Positions 17,685 through 21,156 of a DNA stretch of 21,156 nucleotides are shown one piece after another (the stretch's first letter is position 1; each line of letters starts with the position of its first letter). Source of the DNA: Gemmatimonadaceae bacterium (lineage in GTDB: Bacteria; Gemmatimonadota; Gemmatimonadetes; Gemmatimonadales; Gemmatimonadaceae); contig JBGAJQ010000082.1 in assembly GCA_044224875.1 (NCBI GenBank), forward strand, positions 1 through 21,156. The letters run 5' to 3'. The notes below the pieces were generated by a model. The model saw only the letters and a program-made list of their open reading frames with translations, was not told the DNA's origin and made no database searches. The position numbers were made by a program, and so were the translations under genes.

Positions 17685-18794
17685 ATGAGCCAGACGTTGC
17701 AGGAACGAATCAGCGCCGCCCTTTCGTCGGTGGTGAACCCGCGCACGGGACAAAACGTGGTGGCTGCGGAGCAGGTGCGCGACATCGCAACGACGCTTGA
17801 TGGCAAAGTGCGACTGACCGTTCTCGTCGGCGCTGGAGACGACCCGGTGCTGGTCCGCGACGTGCGTCAGGCGCTGGAACGGATTCCGGGCATCACGGAC
17901 GTCGCCATCGACATCAAGGATCCTGGGCAACGCAGCGCGCCGCGCGCCGCCCCGCCGCGAACGCTCCCGGTGATGGACGATCGGCCCGCGGCAGCGCCGC
18001 GTCCGTCAGCTCCAACGCCGGTCCTGTACCCGAACCTCGGGCGGGTCGTTGCGGTATCCAGCGGCAAGGGCGGTGTCGGCAAGTCCACCGTGTCGACAAA
18101 CCTTGCGGTAGCGCTCGCGGCGGCGGGGTATCGCGTGGGACTCATGGACGCGGACATCTATGGCCCGAACCTGCCCCGGATGATGGGAATTGCCGGCGCA
18201 CCGCCGGTCGAAAGAGAGAAGATCATCCCGCACACGGCGCACGGCGTGAAGGTGATCTCGTTGGGTCTCATGATTGAGCGCGATCAACCCGCCATTTGGC
18301 GAGGGCCGATCGTGATGAAGATCGTCACTCAATTTCTGCGCGACGTGGCGTGGGGCCAATTGGACTACTTTCTCGTGGACATGCCGCCAGGTACGGGAGA
18401 CGCCCAACTGTCGCTGGTGCAGGCCACGCAGGTCGCTGGCGCGATCATCGTGACCACGCCGCAGGAAGTTGCAACTGGCGACGCCCTGCGTGGTGCCAAG
18501 ATGTTCATGCGGGTGGGCGTTCCGGTGCTTGGGATCGTCGAGAACATGAGCTGGTTCGAATGCCCGCATTGTGGCAAGCCAACCGCCATCTTCGGCTCAG
18601 GCGGCGGGCGGCGCCTCGCTGATGAGCTCGAAGTCCCCCTGCTCGCCGAGATCCCGCTGCACCCGCCGGTGATGCAAGGGGGGGAAGTCGGGCGCCCAAT
18701 CGTGGTCGCTGATCCCGCATCCGGCGCCGCGAGGGCCCAGGCGGCCCTCGCCCCCGCGGTCCATGAAGCGATGGATGAAGCGGCGACGCCATGA
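17685..18794 (+). CDS. mrp: Mrp/NBP35 (ApbC) Fe-S cluster carrier ATPase
   Basis: GGAG at 17675-78 and ATG at 17685. N-terminal DUF59-like domain, deviant Walker A SGKGGVGKST, DADIYGP, WRGP, DMPPGTGD and ENMS...CPHC. Confidence 0.95.
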   Translation: MSQTLQERISAALSSVVNPRTGQNVVAAEQVRDIATTLDGKVRLTVLVGAGDDPVLVRDVRQALERIPGITDVAIDIKDPGQRSAPRAAPPRTLPVMDDRPAAAPRPSAPTPVLYPNLGRVVAVSSGKGGVGKSTVSTNLAVALAAAGYRVGLMDADIYGPNLPRMMGIAGAPPVEREKIIPHTAHGVKVISLGLMIERDQPAIWRGPIVMKIVTQFLRDVAWGQLDYFLVDMPPGTGDAQLSLVQATQVAGAIIVTTPQEVATGDALRGAKMFMRVGVPVLGIVENMSWFECPHCGKPTAIFGSGGGRRLADELEVPLLAEIPLHPPVMQGGEVGRPIVVADPASGAARAQAALAPAVHEAMDEAATP

Positions 18795-20239
18795 CGTCCT
18801 CAGGGACGATGCCCGAAGACGATCGCCGGCCGACAGCTTCACCAGTGTCGGCCGCTTTCGCGTTCCCCCATGCCGAGCCCGTCGCCCCCGACGGAGGGGT
18901 CGATGCGACGCAGGCTCACGCGAGCGGTGTGACCGACGATGCCCTGCCGCGCGTGGTACGGCGCATTGCCATTCCTGCCGTCGCCTCAAACCTGTTGATG
19001 ACCCTCTTTGCGTCTGCCGACGCCTACTGGGTTGGCACTCGCATCGGTAGTCAGGGGCTCGCAGCCGTCTCCACGTCCGTCTTCTGGATTTGGGTGGCCG
19101 TGTCGATCGCTGAGATGGTCAGCGTGGGGCTGACGGCAGTTGCCGCCCGCCGTCATGGAGAACGGAGGTCGGATGCCGCTGCCAGCGCCGTAGGCTCCGC
19201 AATCGGATTCTCGCTGCTGCTTGGTGGCGTCCTTGGACTGGCCGGGCTCGCGGGTGTGGACCTGCTCTTCGCCGTGATGCACACGCCGAGCGAGGTGAGC
19301 GCGTTGGGGCAAGCGTACCTGCGAACATACTTCGCCGGACTTCCGCTGATCTTCGGCTATTTCGCTGTCGACGCGGCCTTCCGTGCGGCCGGCGATACCA
19401 GGACGCCGCTGGCGTTACTGACGACGTCGGTGATCATCACGCTGGTTCTGGATCCGGTCCTGATTCTGGGGCTCGCCGGTGCACCACGTCTCGGCATCGC
19501 CGGCGCATCCACAGCGCTCCTCGCCACACGTGGCACCGCATTTCTTATCGGGATTGTCATTCTGTTTTGGCGCCGGATGGTGGTGTGGCGCGGACTCCAG
19601 TTCGGCACCATCGCGCGCATAGCGAGAGTCGGCCTTCCGACAGCGCTCACCGGTGTGCTGTTCAGCCTCATTTACGTGGGCATGACGCGAACGACGACCA
19701 CCTTTGGTACGTCGGCGCTCGCCGCCCTTGGTGTTGGCCATCGTGTGGAGAGCTGGCTGTACATGATCGGCGTAGGGTTTGGAGCTGGCGCAGCCGCCAT
19801 TGTGGGACAAAACATCGGTGCGAGAAGGCTAGATCGCGCGCGTCACGCTGGGTGGATGACCATGTCGTACGCGATGCTCCCGGCGTTGGCGATGTGCGTG
19901 GCTTCCCTCACGATTCCGGACTGGATGGCCTCACTCTTCTCCAATGACCCGGTGGTGATTGCGGAGACAGCGCGTTACGTCCGCATCAACGCGATTGCGC
20001 AACTCGTCTTGCCTGCCGAGGTCGTGCTGGAAGGGGCGTTAGGCGGTGCAGGGGACACCCTGCCGCCGATGTTGACATCGACCGCCCTCACGGCGCTTCG
20101 CATCCCGCTGGCGGCGTGGTCGGCCGTGCGGTGGGGAACCGCCGGCATCTGGTGGACCATCTCGCTGACCGCCGTGGCCCGCGCCCTGGCCATGATGCTC
20201 CTCTGGCGGAGTGGCCGTTGGGAGCGCAAATCCCTGTAA
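18791..20239 (+). CDS. MATE family efflux transporter
   Basis: About 12 TM segments. Motifs AIP...SN, D...VG, RAAGDTRTP, LDPVLI.G, GIAGA and VGQNIGA. ATGA overlap with mrp; start uncertain. Confidence 0.93.
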   Translation: MTSSGTMPEDDRRPTASPVSAAFAFPHAEPVAPDGGVDATQAHASGVTDDALPRVVRRIAIPAVASNLLMTLFASADAYWVGTRIGSQGLAAVSTSVFWIWVAVSIAEMVSVGLTAVAARRHGERRSDAAASAVGSAIGFSLLLGGVLGLAGLAGVDLLFAVMHTPSEVSALGQAYLRTYFAGLPLIFGYFAVDAAFRAAGDTRTPLALLTTSVIITLVLDPVLILGLAGAPRLGIAGASTALLATRGTAFLIGIVILFWRRMVVWRGLQFGTIARIARVGLPTALTGVLFSLIYVGMTRTTTTFGTSALAALGVGHRVESWLYMIGVGFGAGAAAIVGQNIGARRLDRARHAGWMTMSYAMLPALAMCVASLTIPDWMASLFSNDPVVIAETARYVRINAIAQLVLPAEVVLEGALGGAGDTLPPMLTSTALTALRIPLAAWSAVRWGTAGIWWTISLTAVARALAMMLLWRSGRWERKSL

Positions 20240-20988
20240 TGAAAACCCTCATCACGCTGCTCACCGACTTCGGCACCGCCGATGGCTACGTGGCCGAAAT
20301 GAAGGGTGTGATCCTGAGCACCGCGCCGGAGGCGACGCTCGTTGACCTGTCGCACGACGTGCCGCCTCAGGATGTGGAACTGGCTCGGCTCGCCGTCGCC
20401 CGGTACTGGCACCGCTTCCCGGCCGGCACGGTCCACCTGGTGGTTGTTGATCCAGGCGTGGGATCCGCCCGCGAGGCGTTGGCCGTTGAATCTGACGGGC
20501 GCGTCCTGGTTGGACCGGACAACGGAGTCCTTTCCCCGGCCCTGCTTCGACCGGACGCACAATGCGTCGCCCTGCGTGTCCCGGCCGATGCCTCGCCGAC
20601 GTTTCACGGTCGCGACGTCTTTGCCCCTGCAGCGGCCGCCATCGCCCAGGGTCGGCAACCAGCGGATCTTGGAGTGCCTTTCGCCAGCCCAGTCGTGCGA
20701 CGCACCAAGGAACCGGTGCGGCTGCCCGATGGGTCGATAGCCGGCGAAGTGATCGCCATCGATCGCTTTGGCAATGCGATTACCAACATCCTGGGCGCGC
20801 ACGCCGGTCGAGTTGAGGCTGGCGGCCGATTCGTTCACGTGGTGCGCTCCTACGCCGAGGTGCCGGCTGGCTCACCACTCGCGCATGCGGGTTCCAGCGG
20901 GCTTCTGGAGATCGCGGTACGAGATGGCCACGCTGCGCGCGAGCTCGAGCTCACACGTGGGGCCACGGTGATCTTCCGTCGAGCATAG
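20239..20988 (+). CDS. SAM hydroxide adenosyltransferase (DUF62; SAM-dependent chlorinase/fluorinase family)
   Basis: TAATG overlap with the MATE gene. Motifs ITLLTDFG, DLSH, VVDPGVG..R, GPDNG, TFHGRDVFAP, IDRFGN and GSSGLLEIA. Confidence 0.93.
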   Translation: MKTLITLLTDFGTADGYVAEMKGVILSTAPEATLVDLSHDVPPQDVELARLAVARYWHRFPAGTVHLVVVDPGVGSAREALAVESDGRVLVGPDNGVLSPALLRPDAQCVALRVPADASPTFHGRDVFAPAAAAIAQGRQPADLGVPFASPVVRRTKEPVRLPDGSIAGEVIAIDRFGNAITNILGAHAGRVEAGGRFVHVVRSYAEVPAGSPLAHAGSSGLLEIAVRDGHAARELELTRGATVIFRRA

Positions 20989-21004
20989 CTGTACCGCCGG
21001 CCGC

Positions 21005-21027
21005 ACTCTGGTTCGGCCAGAGTTCTT
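21005..21027 (+). terminator. Possible terminator after the DUF62 gene
   Basis: actctgg-ttcgg-ccagagt, followed by tctt. Confidence 0.4.
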
Positions 21028-21156
21028 AATTCGGCGCCGGCACCGGTTGCGTGCGCTTCTTCTGCGGCTCGTAATCCATACATCGCGAGCTGGAGGCAGA
21101 GCGAAACAGCCTATAGTTGGCTGCTCGAGTGGCAAGCCCCTACTCCCGCCCCCGCC

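Noticed and set aside
19975..20838. 287-aa antisense ORF spanning MATE/DUF62
   Set aside because: Fully overlaps two well-supported genes on the other strand; no motifs.
20239..20988. SAM-dependent fluorinase/chlorinase (halogenase) with a MATE exporter as a natural-product locus
   Set aside because: The protein has the Asp-Arg-His pattern (VVDPG, GSAR, TFHGRD) of the widespread DUF62 SAM hydrolases, and no biosynthetic genes are nearby.

Overview
A GC-rich, gene-dense bacterial chromosomal segment, possibly from Gemmatimonadota (inferred from gene content and style only). No rRNA, tRNA, CRISPR array or mobile element was recognised. Left end: the 3' end of a DinB-family gene and a small lipoprotein gene (+). 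These converge at a perfect hairpin with a minus-strand run: gpmI, beta-barrel OMP, PTPS/QueD, mobA, mobB, [Cdd1-HhH::dacB fusion], moeA, methyltransferase. Divergent from gpmI is a four-gene peptidoglycan-remodelling cassette: a catalytically dead L,D-transpeptidase-like protein coupled to an intact L,D-transpeptidase, then two paralogous M15A Zn-peptidases with Ca-binding-like loops. Housekeeping genes follow: DUF2281-like, YkvA/DUF1232, guaB, amino-acid permease, nrnA, mrp/apbC, MATE and a DUF62 SAM hydrolase. The most unusual items are (1) the stop-free fusion of a Cdd1/HhH domain to a lipoprotein-signal PBP4 and (2) the pseudo-LDT + LDT + 2x M15A cassette, with a highly structured spacer in its middle. 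All family assignments come from motif recognition by eye, not from database searches.
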